From Negaprion brevirostris (lineage: Eukaryota), in contig JARDVH010000157.1 in the NCBI GenBank assembly GCA_030324005.1, positions 11,455,374-11,519,373 on the forward strand: a stretch of 64,000 bases of DNA, in the 5' to 3' direction. The notes below the pieces were generated by a model that had not been told where the DNA came from, searched no databases, and worked only from the letters and a program-made list of their open reading frames with translations. How positions within the stretch are numbered: position 1 is the stretch's first letter; the number at the start of each line of letters is the position of its first letter. Made by a program: the position numbers and the translations under genes. Positions 12,004-23,925 of the stretch are shown one piece after another.

Positions 12004-12794
12004 TATGCCATGTTTCTGGATTCACCTGTAGCTCAGCTCCAACAATGCTGGTTAAAATATTTTGATGATTTCATTATTTTTTAATGTATTTGTTTTAGAC
12101 TCTTGGAGTATTTTATTTTATACCGGGAGAGTTGTGCAAACACTGTGCTGAGCAATATTGGTGAGATACACCAGCTGATATAGAGCCTGGGTTACAAACA
12201 TATTCATGTGGATAGCTGGTAAGAGATGGAAGCATAATGTGCCCTTTCAAGCCTCATTTGGACATCAGGAATATGGGATAACTCACTTTCCGTGTTCATT
12301 CCATTAAGAAAAATAATGATTCCAGACCAAAAAGGTCACTGGTTCAAACCCCAGACTGTGTGAAGTTAGCTGAGCTTGGCTGAGACAGGGATTAGAAGCG
12401 CTACAATTAACCTCCAGGTCCTTAGGCCACGAGGACAGTGGAAAAAAACGAGGGTCCCACTCCTCTTCATTACCCAGTGACTTGCTTAAAATGTATGTGG
12501 GATATCATAGGTCGTAATTTTGTGCTCACCCTCATGGTGAGTTTGATAGTGGGAGATATTTAAATAGGTGAAGAGCCACTTAAGGACCTCATTCTTCTGC
12601 TGCTGGTCTTAACTCAGTGGCTGGTGAGGGGGCTCACAATGCAGGGAGCATAGCAACTAAACTCAGGCGAGTTCCCAGAGGAGATCCCCTGTTCAAAGGC
12701 ACTCACTTGAGAGACCCAGCATTTGGATTGGAGATGTCCAGTAGAGCCACCCCTTCCCTTTTGGATTTCCCAAAGCACTCTGCAACCTGAAAGG

Positions 12795-13050
12795 GATAAA
12801 TATTGGCCAGGATACTGGGGGGAGCTCACTGACTCTTCTTTGAAATAGTACACTTTGATCTTTCACATCCACCTGATGAGGAACTCATCCAAAGTCTTAT
12901 CTGAAAGATGGCATCTCCAACATTACAGGGCTCCATTTGCACTGCAATGGAATGCCAGCCTGGATTATGTGCTCACGTCTCCAGAGTGGAGCTTGTACTC
13001 TCAACCTTCTGACTCAGGGGTGAGAATTTTGCCACAAAGACATGGCTGAC
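12795..13050 (-). mobile_element. Deu-domain SINE, 5' portion
   Basis: GGGATAAATATTGGCCAGGATAC..CTCTTCTTTGAAATAGT..GATCTTTCACATCCACCTGA. Confidence 0.75.
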
Positions 13051-13074
13051 ACATTTGCACAGTACTGGAAAGAT

Positions 13075-13917
13075 GGGCCCAATTTCACCATCGCGTTGCC
13101 CCTTTTCAGGTGTGAAAATTTGGTAAAGTTGGGCGTGAGGTGAGTAGTGCGATCCGTGCCCGCCTCCGCACTGGTTCCCCCTTTACCAAGCCCCGAAAAT
13201 GGCTGTGATCAGGACCACATCCGAAGTGGGTACAATGGCCATTTTAATGCAATTGCATGCATCTAAATTGACTTCATGGGCTGCATGCCTAACCCTACCG
13301 GCANNNNNNNNNNNNNNNNNNNNNNNNNNNNNNNNNNNNNNNNNNNNNNNNNNNNNNNNNNNNNNNNNNNNNNNNNNNNNNNNNNNNNNNNNNNNNNNNN
13401 NNNNNNNNNNNNNNNNNNNNNNNNNNNNNNNNNNNNNNNNNNNNNNNNNNNNNNNNNNNNNNNNNNNNNNNNNNNNNNNNNNNNNNNNNNNNNNNNNGGG
13501 AAAGGGGTCCACTGCCACTCTGCCTGAGATTGTAGCGGGGGGAGGGGGAGGGGCCCACGATCAGCCTGACTGGCGGGGGAGTGGGGAGATAAGGGGTCAG
13601 TAATGTTGGGGGGTTGGGGCACTGTCTATGGGGCCAGGAGGAGGCATTATCTGGCCCGGGAGAGATGTGGCAGAGGAGCAACATTCTTTCATTTTGTTTT
13701 CTGCGCATGCACAGTTGGAAGTGGTGATCGGAGCTGCAGGGTTCTGGGCATGTTAAGCCCCACCCATAGGTTTGGGCAGCATGATTCAGAATCATTGGTA
13801 TTTTTGCAACCAGAGTGCGTATGGGGGCGCCTGAAAATGGGTCTAAAAGTCAGATGTGAAACACTCCCAATTTCAAGTCTGCCCAGCGCTTCGAATCAAA
13901 ATGGTAAAATAGAGCCC
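13075..13917. mobile_element. Non-autonomous Harbinger-like DNA transposon/MITE (contains an N gap)
   Basis: TIRs GGGCCCAATTTCACCAT / ATGGTAAAATAGAGCCC (14/17 match); GC-rich, no transposase; TSD not preserved. Confidence 0.75.
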
Positions 13918-14696
13918 TGTGATGCAACTGGTTGGCCCCAGTATTGTCACCAGTGCTACAATGTACTGTACCTCACATACACGTCCAGTTACGTATCCAA
14001 TTTTTCTTTAATCTGCTTCCTTTGACAGTTCATTCCATATGTTCACAATCCTGCGTACTCAAAAATAAAATGATCCTTTCGCCCTCCTACTCACCATCTT
14101 TTAGCCTCTAAAGGACAAATTTCACATGCGACACAGGAATGCAGAATTGGAAAAATTCTGACTCGGGAGAAAGTGCTCAAGTATTCAGATTTTAGTTTTG
14201 GGGAGTGAGCACTCACAGAGGTTGGGCTTGATCTGCCTGGAAACAGTGTGCAGACAGCCACAGAGATTACGGGTGCAGAGGCAGCCTGTTTAAAAGGCCA
14301 ATGTCAGCTGTGGAGTCCTCACACCTCATGCCCTTTCACCCCACCCCTCCAAACTCCCCACACCAATTCATGCCCCCAACTAATACCAACATGCCAAATT
14401 ATGCCCCTCTATTCACCCCCGTGGTCCTTTACTGCTCCTTTATCAATAGTGCCAACTCATGCCAATCCATGACACCCCACAAATCCTCATGTTCCTTTAT
14501 CACCCCATCTTAACCTTCACCCTTACACCCTACAAGCCAACTCACCCAGTATCCACCATGGGCACATCTCAGAAGCTATGGTGAGGTAAAATAAGTATGG
14601 TGAGTTCTGAGAAGCTATTGATGGCTCCACTATTGATAAACAAATGCTGGTGTTCATAAAATACCCATCTGGTACATTTATATTCATTCAAGTACT

Positions 14697-14908
14697 TAGA
14701 CCATAAGACCATAAGACATAGAAGCAGAATNNNNNNNNNNNNNNNNNNNNNNNNNNNNNNNNNNNNNNNNNNNNNNNNNNNNNNNNNNNNNNNNNNNNNN
14801 NNNNNNNNNNNNNNNNNNNNNNNNNNNNNNCACAATCAGTCCCTCCAGTCTGTCGAGCACCGCCTCTCTAGTAACAATAATGTCATTGACACCCTCCAGT
14901 CCTACCAT
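14697..14908 (-). mobile_element. Two ends of a CR1 LINE separated by a 100-N gap
   Basis: CR1 tail repeat (CCATAAGA)n left of the gap; pre-RT peptide VGLEGVNDIIVTREAVLDRLEGL right of it. Confidence 0.75.
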
Positions 14909-15802
14909 GTTTCCATTGCTATGGGGCTGAAGGATTTCATCTTGTATTTTTCAGCAAAGATCAAGAGTTTAAAATTAGAAGGGCCAGGACCTATTAGGTA
15001 CTCATATGGTAATACATAGATTCATCATGTGAATCACAACCTGATCAAAAATAAGCAGATTTGATTCCATGAAATCAAAAATGTTTTTTTCATTCTCTGG
15101 AGTTTCAATCATGACGTACAAAGGCTTTCCAGCCTCAAGAAAACGCAATAGAGAGGAAGTAGATGGACACTTCACCTTATCTCTAACTGTTGCTGCAACA
15201 GTGTTTATCAAATGTTGGATGGAGAGTGGTGCAAAGTGGCTTGTGCTGAATACAAAAACTAGCATAGACCAGTTAAGCCAAATGGCCTGTTTCATGGTTG
15301 CAATTATATAGGTTGGCGTTGACCCCATAAAATACTGGGAAAGTCAGTGCCATTAGTGATGCACGTGCATCAGATAATTAATTATCCATAGCTGGGGCTC
15401 CTATCCCTTTGCGGGACCAGGACCCACCTCCCAAGAGCTGCTCACCAAATTGAGGGTGCTCTGGCCACTGCACGCACTGCAATCAGGCAGAAAGAGCCCA
15501 GAGAATCCACGAGTTGAGTTGGCTCACGGGAGCCATTCAAGAAAGCACCAAGAGGGAGGGTGGGAGAGATCATTTTGACTTTGGGAAGTGGTATGAATCA
15601 AGAGATCTGAAATCAGCTCTCTGCTGTGTGTCTCTTGCAATTTTCATTTGTATTGACTTCAATGACTGATTACTCTGAAATCATCCATTTTACACAATCA
15701 TTTGAAGTCAAAGTGATTCCGTGGTCACATGGAGGGGGGAGCAGTAATTAAACATGGGCACAGAGGCAAATCAAGTGGTATTGCATTAGGTGCCTGCTAT
15801 AA

Positions 15803-16147
15803 GGGTGGCACAGTGGTTAGCACTGATGCCTCACAGTGCCAGGGATCAAGATTTGCTTCCAGCCTTGGGTCACTGTCTGTGTGGAGTTAGCACATTTTCC
15901 CTGTGTCTGCTTGGGTTTCCTCCAGGTGGTCCGGTTTCCTCCCATATCCAAAGATGTGCAGTTTAGGTTGATTGGCTATGATAAATTGTCTGGTGTCCAA
16001 AGATGTGTAGATTAGGGGGATTTGCCATTCTAAATACATGAGGTCACGGGGAGAGGGCCTGGGTAAGATGCTCTGTTGGACAGTCGGTACAGACTCGATG
16101 GGCTGAATGGCCTCTTTCTGCTTTGTAGGAAATTCAATCTATGATTC
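15803..16147 (+). mobile_element. HE1-like V-SINE with CR1 tail
   Basis: Head, V-domain and GGGCTGAATGGCCTCTTTCTG tail. Confidence 0.92.
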
Positions 16148-17029
16148 AAGGTATTTTATATATACATCATCCATGATATTCAGTTCCATTGAACGTGATA
16201 CCAGCCAAGTCCAATTTCACTCCACAACAATGTGGAGTGAAATTGGGGAATATCTTGGGGACCACAAATATCCCTATAGCATCTAGAATTAGGGTTTGGG
16301 TTGTCAATTTCCTACTGGGTTCAATCGTAAATATCTCTGAATGCATCTGTGACAAAATCCCAAGGATTGGTTTGTGGAGAGGCTGGTTTCTGTGATTCAG
16401 CTTTGCATTGCTGTACTCTCCTGGGATGGTGGTTCAGTCATACATCTCTGTCAAGACATCTATGAATAAATTAACCTTCAAAAGATTAGTGCACTTTAAT
16501 GCAACTGGGAGTTTCTAATACAAATAAGAATGGAAGGATATGCACTCAAGTGTAATCAAGTCTTTTCATTGTTTCCTTTGTTGTGGGCATGTGCACATTT
16601 TCCCTCTGGCCTGTGGCAGTTGAGAGGTACATCAGGAATTTGTTTGCCCAGTGCCCATGGTTTTACATCCCAGCAATTCCTCTCTTTCTCTCTCTGTGCT
16701 AGTATCAGATGTCAAAGTACACGCTCAGTCCAGCTTTGGGCCACTGAGGGCCACTCCTTTAGACTTGTGGCAACACAAGGATCCACATGGGTGTTTCCTT
16801 CTTATCTTTCCGCCCTGTCCTAAACACATGGCATCCAACAAAAGTCGAAGCCTAAGTGTCAACTTAGGCATATTTGACTGGAACAGTCATGGAATTCCGG
16901 CATCATTGGAACAGGTTAAAGTTATTTCTCTTGAAAAGGAATAACCTGAGACATGCCTTTCTACTGTGAAGGGGTTTCAATTTGGTACCTGTAGGGAAGG
17001 TGTTTCATTTCCAGACAGGCACCTACCGA

Positions 17030-17725
17030 CAATGTAAAGAATTTCACTTACACCTCCTTCAATTTGGCCCGCTGTATTCACTGCTCATAATGCAAGCTCC
17101 TCTATATTGGGGAAACTAAACGCAGACTGGGAGACCGCTTTATGGAACACCTTCACTCCATCCGCAAGCATGACCCCAGCCTTCTGGTCATTTGCCATAA
17201 CTGAAAGGACAACATCTTCCAATTAGGCATGTTGCAACTCTGGACTCAACATTGAATTTAACAACTTCAGATTGTGAACTTTCCCCTCTGTCTTGACCCT
17301 CCCTTTTGGTTTTTGGTTCTCTTGGCTACCATAACACAGCCCCAAGCTCCACCACATGACCATCTGCCTCCTGGTGTTCAGGTTTGCTCCCACTTACCTT
17401 TATTCACCTATAAACACATCCTGCTATTTTACCTTTTTGCTGCTATTAACACATTTCAGTCCTTACTGGCACCAGTAACACCCCCTTTGTCTTCAGTCAA
17501 TCTCTCCTTAGCTCCACCCTAATCTTGACCTTCCATTTTGCCTTACCTCCACCCCCCCCAACACTGCACCACCTGTATAATTCATTACATTTCTATCCCC
17601 CTTCGATTCTGTAGAAGGTAACCCTATTTCTCTCTCCAAGGAAGCTGCCAGACCTGCTGAGTTTATCCAGCATTTTCTGTTTCTATTTCTGATTTCTAGC
17701 ATCTGCAGTATTTTGCTTTTGTTTT
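17030..17725 (+). mobile_element. Penelope-like element remnant (GIY-YIG endonuclease plus 3' end)
   Basis: Translates as FTYTSFNLARCIHCS*CKLLYIGETKRRLGDRFMEHLHSIRKH; PLE tail GACCTGCTGAGTTTATCCAGCATTTTCTG. Confidence 0.85.
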
Positions 17726-17885
17726 ATGTAGAGATTGCCTGGGTTTGTCCTGCCCACAAGAAAACAGAACAAATCCAACAACCCAACCAATTACTGTCCA
17801 AACAGTCTAGTCTCATATAGTAAACAAGCAATGGAAAGGTATGATTGTCAGTGCTATCATGCACTGACCAATACGCTGCTCAATA

Positions 17886-18300
17886 GGGCGGCACAGTGGC
17901 ACAGTGGTTAGCACTGCTTCTTCACAGCGCCAGGAACCTGGGTTTGATTCCCGGCTTGGGTCACTGTCTGTGTGGAGTTTGCATGGTCTCCCTGTGTCNN
18001 NNNNNNNNNNNNNNNNNNNNNNNNNNNNNNNNNNNNNNNNNNNNNNNNNNNNNNNNNNNNNNNNNNNNNNNNNNNNNNNNNNNNNNNNNNNNNNNNNNAA
18101 TAGGATTATGCAGAGAGAGTTTGTGAGGTAGTGGAAGTAGATATGACAATGAGTTTTAAGAGGCATCTGGCAAAATATATAAATATGATGGGAATAGAGG
18201 GATACGGTCCCTGGAAGGGTAGGGGGTTTTAGTTCAGGTGGGCAGCATGGTCGATGTAGGCTTGGAGGGCTGAAGGGCCTGCTTCTATGCTGTAATTTTC
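17886..18300 (+). mobile_element. HE1-like SINE head (17886-17998), N gap, then CR1 3' end (18105-18300)
   Basis: GGGCGGCACAGTGGCACAGTGGTTAG head; CR1 tail GGGCTGAAGGGCCTGCTTCTATGCTGTA. Confidence 0.85.
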
Positions 18301-18595
18301 TTTTTTCTCTGTAAATAATGGAATGGAAAATGTGCTGATTTTCATTTGTTTTTCTGATAAGCATTTGGCCTTTGGAATGACATCTTAAATGTGAAACGAT
18401 GATAGTTACTTAGTGATGATTAAACCGTGGTTTGGTTGTGAACAACAGAAGCAAAATCAACAGATACTTGGCAGGGGTGAGTTTTCAATGTAAGTGCAAC
18501 GGCGCAGCACTAATGTTAATGAGCTTTCTATAGTTTGACAGCAATGCTGTCAATAGGCTGGGAAAGAAACCCTCCCACTTGCAGTTGTGCAGACC

Positions 18596-19195
18596 AGTGG
18601 CACAGTGGTTAGCACTGGCACCACCAGGGACCCGGGTTCAATTCCTGCCTTGGGTGACTGACTGTGTGGAGTCTACAAGTTCTCCCTGTGTATGCGTACG
18701 TTTCTGCCAGGTGCTCCAGTTTCATCCCACACTTCAAAGTGTAACGACTTTATTTAGTAAATTGAGGTGAGCCTGTTAGACTATGAATTCCCTAACTAAG
18801 GGCCAATCAGGAAGCCTCTTGCTTTGTACTTAACCAGGAGTGTCAGTTCCTCTGGGACTTCTGGTAACCAGAAGCACTCTGTACGCTGTTGTCAGATTTT
18901 TAAATAAAGGGATTTTGGTGAAGGAACTTCTGCATCCGAGGACTTACTACAGAAAGATGTGCGGGTTAGGTTGATTGGCCATGCTTAGCTAGGATGCATA
19001 GACTACCTACAGTGCAGAAGGAGGACATTCGGCCCATCAAGCCTGCACTGACAACAATCCCACCCAGGTCCTATCCCCGTGACACCATTAGTGCGCCTTT
19101 GTGTCAGGGCGATTAGCAGGATAATTATGTGGGGATTACAGGGATAGGGCCTGGGTGGGATTGTTGTCAATGCATACTCTGTAGCGATTCAATGA
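18596..19195 (+). mobile_element. HE1-like V-SINE interrupted by a solo LTR and an inverted tail fragment
   Basis: SINE resumes as GAAAGATGTGCGGGTTAGG after the LTR; minus-strand tail copy at about 18997-19083. Confidence 0.85.
18740..18951 (+). mobile_element. Solo LTR (212 bp), Gypsy-like
   Basis: TGTAAC...CTACA termini, AATAAA, 5-bp TSD CAAAG/GAAAG (1 mismatch); related copy at 20033-20264. Confidence 0.85.
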
Positions 19196-20032
19196 TGCTA
19201 TCAAGTGCTCTCATTGTAGACCTTGCCCAGTTCCTGCAAAGCAATGGTGTGGGAAACTGCCAAACCTTATCCAGCTCGGCCCCAATGGCGAGATCTGGAA
19301 GTGTGAAGGAATTGTGGACTTGGGGATACCTCATCGCTCTTGCACCCTTCAAATCATCCCTGTCGAATAACTTTCTACTTGTAAAACCTTGGATCGTATC
19401 CTCTCTCATTTGCCCATTGCATTCAGAGCTTGTGCCACTTGCTTGGGCAACACACTAGCACGACCGCCTCAAAACCAGCCGGGGATGTGGAAAACACAAA
19501 AGAAGGATCAGTCAGGAAATAAATGGCTTAGCCCTGAAATAAACTGGATCTGTGAAGTCAATATAAAAGACAGTTCAGCGCTGGGATGTCTGGTGGTGAG
19601 TCAGAACAGCAATATTACTTCAGGGAAATGCCCAGAGAGGAAATTATAAACCTTCAAACAATAACAGAAAAGAGGAACAGTGAAAACAGATTTGTAGACA
19701 TTCTGATCTGAACTCTGCCACAGAAACCTCCACAATGTTGAAATCAAAGTTAGGAGTGCCTCTCATCGTCCCTTGTGCTTTTAAATCATTGGCGGTCGAA
19801 GGGAAAGGCAGTAAGGTTGGCATTGTGACTGCCACTCCGTCTTTTCCATTATTTAAAAGGCGATCCAAGGATTTTGTAAGATCAACAGCCTCGATATTAA
19901 TCCCCTCCCCCACCACTGACAGCGGGAGGAAGTGAGTGAATGGAGGAAGTGTGATACTATCCTTTGTGACTGCCACTCTTTCTTACAGTGCTGGGTTTTC
20001 AGATGCCTGCATGGTCTTGCGTAGAGGTATAT

Positions 20033-20264
20033 TGTAATGACTTCAATCGGGCTATAGAGTTTGGCTAACTAAAGTATGAGCTCCCTGATGTAAGGACCCA
20101 ACTGAATCAAGGAGTCTTTTCCTTGTACTTAACCGGGAGTGTCAGTTCCTCTGGCACTCCCAAAGGCACACTGCTGACTGATAGCAGTCTGTATCCTGCT
20201 GTTGGAATTGTAAATAAAGGGATTTTAGTGAAGGGACTTATGTCTCCATAGACCTATTATTGCA
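20033..20264 (+). mobile_element. Solo LTR related to 18740-18951
   Basis: TGTAAT...TGCA termini; shares TTGTACTTAACCRGGAGTGTCAGTTCCTCTGG and TAAATAAAGGGATTTTRGTGAAGG; flanked by GGTATAT on both sides. Confidence 0.85.
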
Positions 20265-20282
20265 GGTATATTTACATCAGTG

Positions 20283-20562
20283 AGTGGTATGGTGGCACAG
20301 TATTTAGCACTGTTGCCTCACAGCACCAGGGATCCAGCTTCAATTGAGGCTTGGGTCACTGTCTGTGTGGAGTTTGCATGGTCTCCCTGTGTCTGCATGG
20401 GTTTCCTCTGGTTTCCTCCCACAGTCTAAAAGACATGCTGGTTAGGTGCATTGACCCAAACAGGTGCCAGAGTGGGGTGACTAGGAGAATTTCACAGTAA
20501 CTTCATTGCAGTGTTAATGCAATGTAATGCCTTATTTGTGACTAATAAATAAACTTTACTTT
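20283..20562 (+). mobile_element. V-SINE with alternative tail
   Basis: Head, V-domain and TTCACAGTAACTTCATTGCAGTGTTAATG tail. Confidence 0.9.
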
Positions 20563-20636
20563 AGTACTCATTGCATTTATCTGGATGAGCACAGCTTCAA
20601 CAACACTGAAGAAGAAACTATTTGGTCGGCATTCCA

Positions 20637-20995
20637 TTTTTTATTCATTCGTGGGAATGGGCATTGCAGGCTGATCAGCATTTATCATCCATCCCTAGTT
20701 GCTCAAGGGCAGTTGAGAGTCGACCACATTGCTGTAGATCTGGAGTCACATGTAGGCCAGACCAGGTAAGGATGGCAGATTTCTTTCCCTAAAGGTCATT
20801 ACTGAACCAGACAGGTTTTTTCTGACAATTGACAATGGTTTCATGGTCATCATAGATTTTTAATTCCAGATTTTAAAAAAATTGAATTCAAACTCCACCA
20901 TCTGCCGTTGTGGGATTCAAATCCCAGTCCCCAGAACATGAGCTGAGTTTCTGGATTAATAGTCTAGCGATAATACCACTAGGCCATCACCTCCC
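20637..20995 (-). mobile_element. tRNA-derived SINE with L2/CR1-group tail (same family as 4850-5190)
   Basis: Reverse complement aligns by eye to 4850-5190. Confidence 0.82.
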
Positions 20996-20999
20996 CATT

Positions 21000-21680
21000 C
21001 CTGTCTACCATCTTAAACATTCATTCCCTCCACAAATGGCTCACAGTAGCAGCTGTGTGTCCAATCTACAAGATGCATTGCATCAACTTGGCAGTCTTCC
21101 TTTGAGACATCTTCCTAACCTGTGACTTCTACCACCTAGAAGGACAAGGGCAACTGAAACATGGAAACACCACTACATTTTCCTCCAAGTCAGACACCAT
21201 GTTAACATGGAACTATATCACTGTTCCTTCATTTCACTGTTGGAGGTTCTGCCTCTGACCTAGAAGCTCCAGGTTCAAGTTCCATCCCAAAGTTTGATGA
21301 ACAAGGAAGATGGTCAAACAGGTTAAGTATCAACCTGCAAAATCCTTCCAGTACGCTCATGGCTGGCAGTAAGTGAAAGAGATGCCTGGTCAGTCATGCT
21401 TGATGTGGAGTTAAGCTTAAGCTATGAACTACTGGCAATGGGCTAGCAGCCTATTCCAGGAATAATGAGCTAAGTTTGCCTTAGTGCACCTCTAAGAGAA
21501 CTGGAATTGAAATTTAATTTGCTGGGTCAAAAACTTGGAACTTCTTCCCAACAGCACTGTGGGTTTACTTACACTATATGGACTGCAGTAATTCAAGAAG
21601 GCAACTCACTGCCATTTTCTTGGGGCAATTAGGGATGGGCAAGAACTGCTGGCCTTGCCAATGATGTTCACATCCACAGT
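21000..21680 (+). mobile_element. Old L2/CR1-group LINE 3' end with a nested SINE-like insert (about 21240-21520)
   Basis: Decayed WN.LPNSTVG....YGLQ.FKKATHCHFL C-terminus followed by GGGCAATTAGGGATGGGCAA tail. Confidence 0.7.
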
Positions 21681-21785
21681 TTAGGGACACTGGCCTATGA
21701 GCAGGGTTGCAGTGATTGAAATTAACTGTCTTATCACTGGGAGGGAAATTCAATGGGAGACTTCCAGCTGATCTGTGCCTGAGAT

Positions 21786-21790
<5 letters not shown>

Positions 21791-21818
<28 letters not shown>
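21791..21818 (+). repeat. (TG)14 microsatellite
   Basis: Read directly from the sequence. Confidence 0.98.
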
Positions 21819-22440
21819 AGATGGGATTGCGCAGTATATTGAAACATACAAACCTAGAAATGAGGCAACAGTGGAATTCAGGCTCCAGTGGTTTAAATAA
21901 GCTTCAAGTACTGCTTGAGGGCTAAGTTATAAAATAAAGATGTTGACTATCCTTCATCTCTCACAGTTTGTCTATTAAAGTGTTTACCTATTGTTGTATT
22001 CATACTGCCCTAAGCTCTTGTATAAATACTTATCTGTTTATTAGATCTTATTGTAGCCTGGCTAGAATAAAACTTTCTGTTGCAATTTTCATGGGGAATT
22101 AGACACTTTGTTAAAGAACAAAACTCAAAAATCCATTTAACAAATAAATATTTTGCTTTTTCCTGTCAGTGTTCCCTCTATCCTTTACCCACACTATTCC
22201 CCCAATCCTCAGCTTTCTTCCTTTCCTCCCTCTCTGTTACTCCTCACCCTCATTCCAAGGTCCTTAGCATAAGCCTTGATATAATATGTGGTTCTGTGTC
22301 AGTTATAGCCCCCTCTCTATTAGATCTCATTCCATTACATGACACCATTGGATGTATATTTGAAAAAGAAAAGGTATGGGGTAAGAGTTGAGGGGTGCGG
22401 ATAGCTCTTTAAAAGAGCCAGCATGGGCACAATGGGTTGA

Positions 22441-22729
22441 ACAGTCTCCCTCTGTGTTCTATTATTCCAGCTTTTAACCTGTTTGTATGTCATTCTGTTA
22501 TCTCATGCTATGATGCAGTTTTGCCTGTGACGATCGAGGAATATTAGACAAAGGTATGGAGTGTTCATGCAGTAATATTGTCTGTAATAACTTCTGGGCT
22601 ACAAATCCTTTCAACGACACTGTCCTGTATGCATAGGAACACAGTCCAGTCCATCAAATACCTTTGATTACCACCTTTGAGAACCTAACCATCAGACAAC
22701 ACTATGCTCTCGAAAAAGAAAATCCACTT
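22441..22729 (+). repeat. 289-bp local direct repeat, copy 1
   Basis: About 15 substitutions, no indels, against 23637-23925 (manual count). Confidence 0.97.
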
Positions 22730-23164
22730 TGGGCTGCTGGGTTAATGCATGTTTAAGCATTCAAAAATTCTGTTGAAAGGGTCACCTTGGCCTTCTTTTG
22801 CTTAATTGTCAAATGTGGGAAAAGCACAATACTAAACCAACAGGTGGCGCTCATCCCACACAGGCGCAAAGACTGTAGTTCAGGGTAACTTATCCAGGGA
22901 GGGAGCTTCCAAACACTAGAATCTACCCTTTGAACTGGGAGGTAGAATTCTAAATTAAAATACAAAAATTCTTTTAGGCAGCCTGCTCTGCATTTAAGAG
23001 AATAATGTTTTGCTAAAAATGGAAACTCTATACTTTTCTCATAGCTTAATAGAGGAGAAAAACTTAATTGAACAGAGGCTGCTGTTTTGAAAGTAATGAG
23101 GGAGTGAGAATTTCATTTAGGGGTTATGGGAGTGAGTAATTAGGAGAAAAATGTTGTAGCTGTC

Positions 23165-23365
23165 CAGGGTAATATTTATACCTCAAGCAACATCACTAAA
23201 ACAGATCATCTGGTCACTTACTGTTTGTTTGTGGGATCTTTCAATGCACAATTTGGCTGCCTCACTGGCTACCTTATGACAGTGTCTGCACTTTGAAAGT
23301 ATTTCATTGACTATAAAGCACTTTCGTTGTTCCAAAGGCGCTGCACAAATGTGTGTGCTTTCTTT
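23165..23365 (+). mobile_element. Deu-domain SINE, 3' part
   Basis: CAACATCACTAAAACAGATCATCTGGTCA..CTGTTTGTTTGTGGGATCTT..AAGTATTTCATTGACTATAAAGCACTTT. Confidence 0.78.
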
Positions 23366-23636
23366 TAGTTTAATTTTCAAGTCTTTTCATGACCTTGTTC
23401 CTCCTTGACTGTGTAACCTCCTTCACTTCACTGCCTCTCCTTCCTACTTTACAATGTTCTGTTCTGTTTATATAGCCCAGTGTTAAACTTTGTTTATTAC
23501 TGCTCCTATGAAGCACCTTTTGATGTTTTACTATATTAAAGATTGTAAATAAATGCAACTTGTTGTTAGTCTAGCTTAGTTTCCTTAAAATCATTTTATT
23601 AATTCACTTTCAAACACAAAAGGGTGAAAGGGCAAC

Positions 23637-23925
23637 ACAGTCTCCCTCTATGCTCTATTATTCCAGCTTTTAATCTGTTTGTATGTCATTCTGTTATCTC
23701 ATGCTATGATGCAGTTTTGCCTGTGACAATCGAGGAATGTTAGGCAAAGGTATGGAGTGTTCATGCAATAATATTGTCTGTAATAACTTCTGGGCTACAA
23801 ATTCTTTTTATGACACTGTCCTGTATGCATAGAAACACAGTCCAGTCCATCAAATACCTTTGATTACCACCTTTGAGAACCTAACTGTCAGACAACACTA
23901 TGCTCTCCAAAAAGAAAATCCACTT
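23637..23925 (+). repeat. 289-bp local direct repeat, copy 2
   Basis: About 95% identical to 22441-22729. Confidence 0.97.

Noticed and set aside
17886-17960. tRNA genes
   Set aside because: A/B-box sequences are SINE heads that continue into the V-domain
18740-20264. Two LTRs as one complete provirus
   Set aside because: The LTRs are diverged, each has its own TSD, and the interior is SINE plus unique DNA with no gag/pol recognised
22441-23925. Direct repeats as LTRs
   Set aside because: No TG..CA ends, PBS, PPT or TSD; the interior contains SINE fragments
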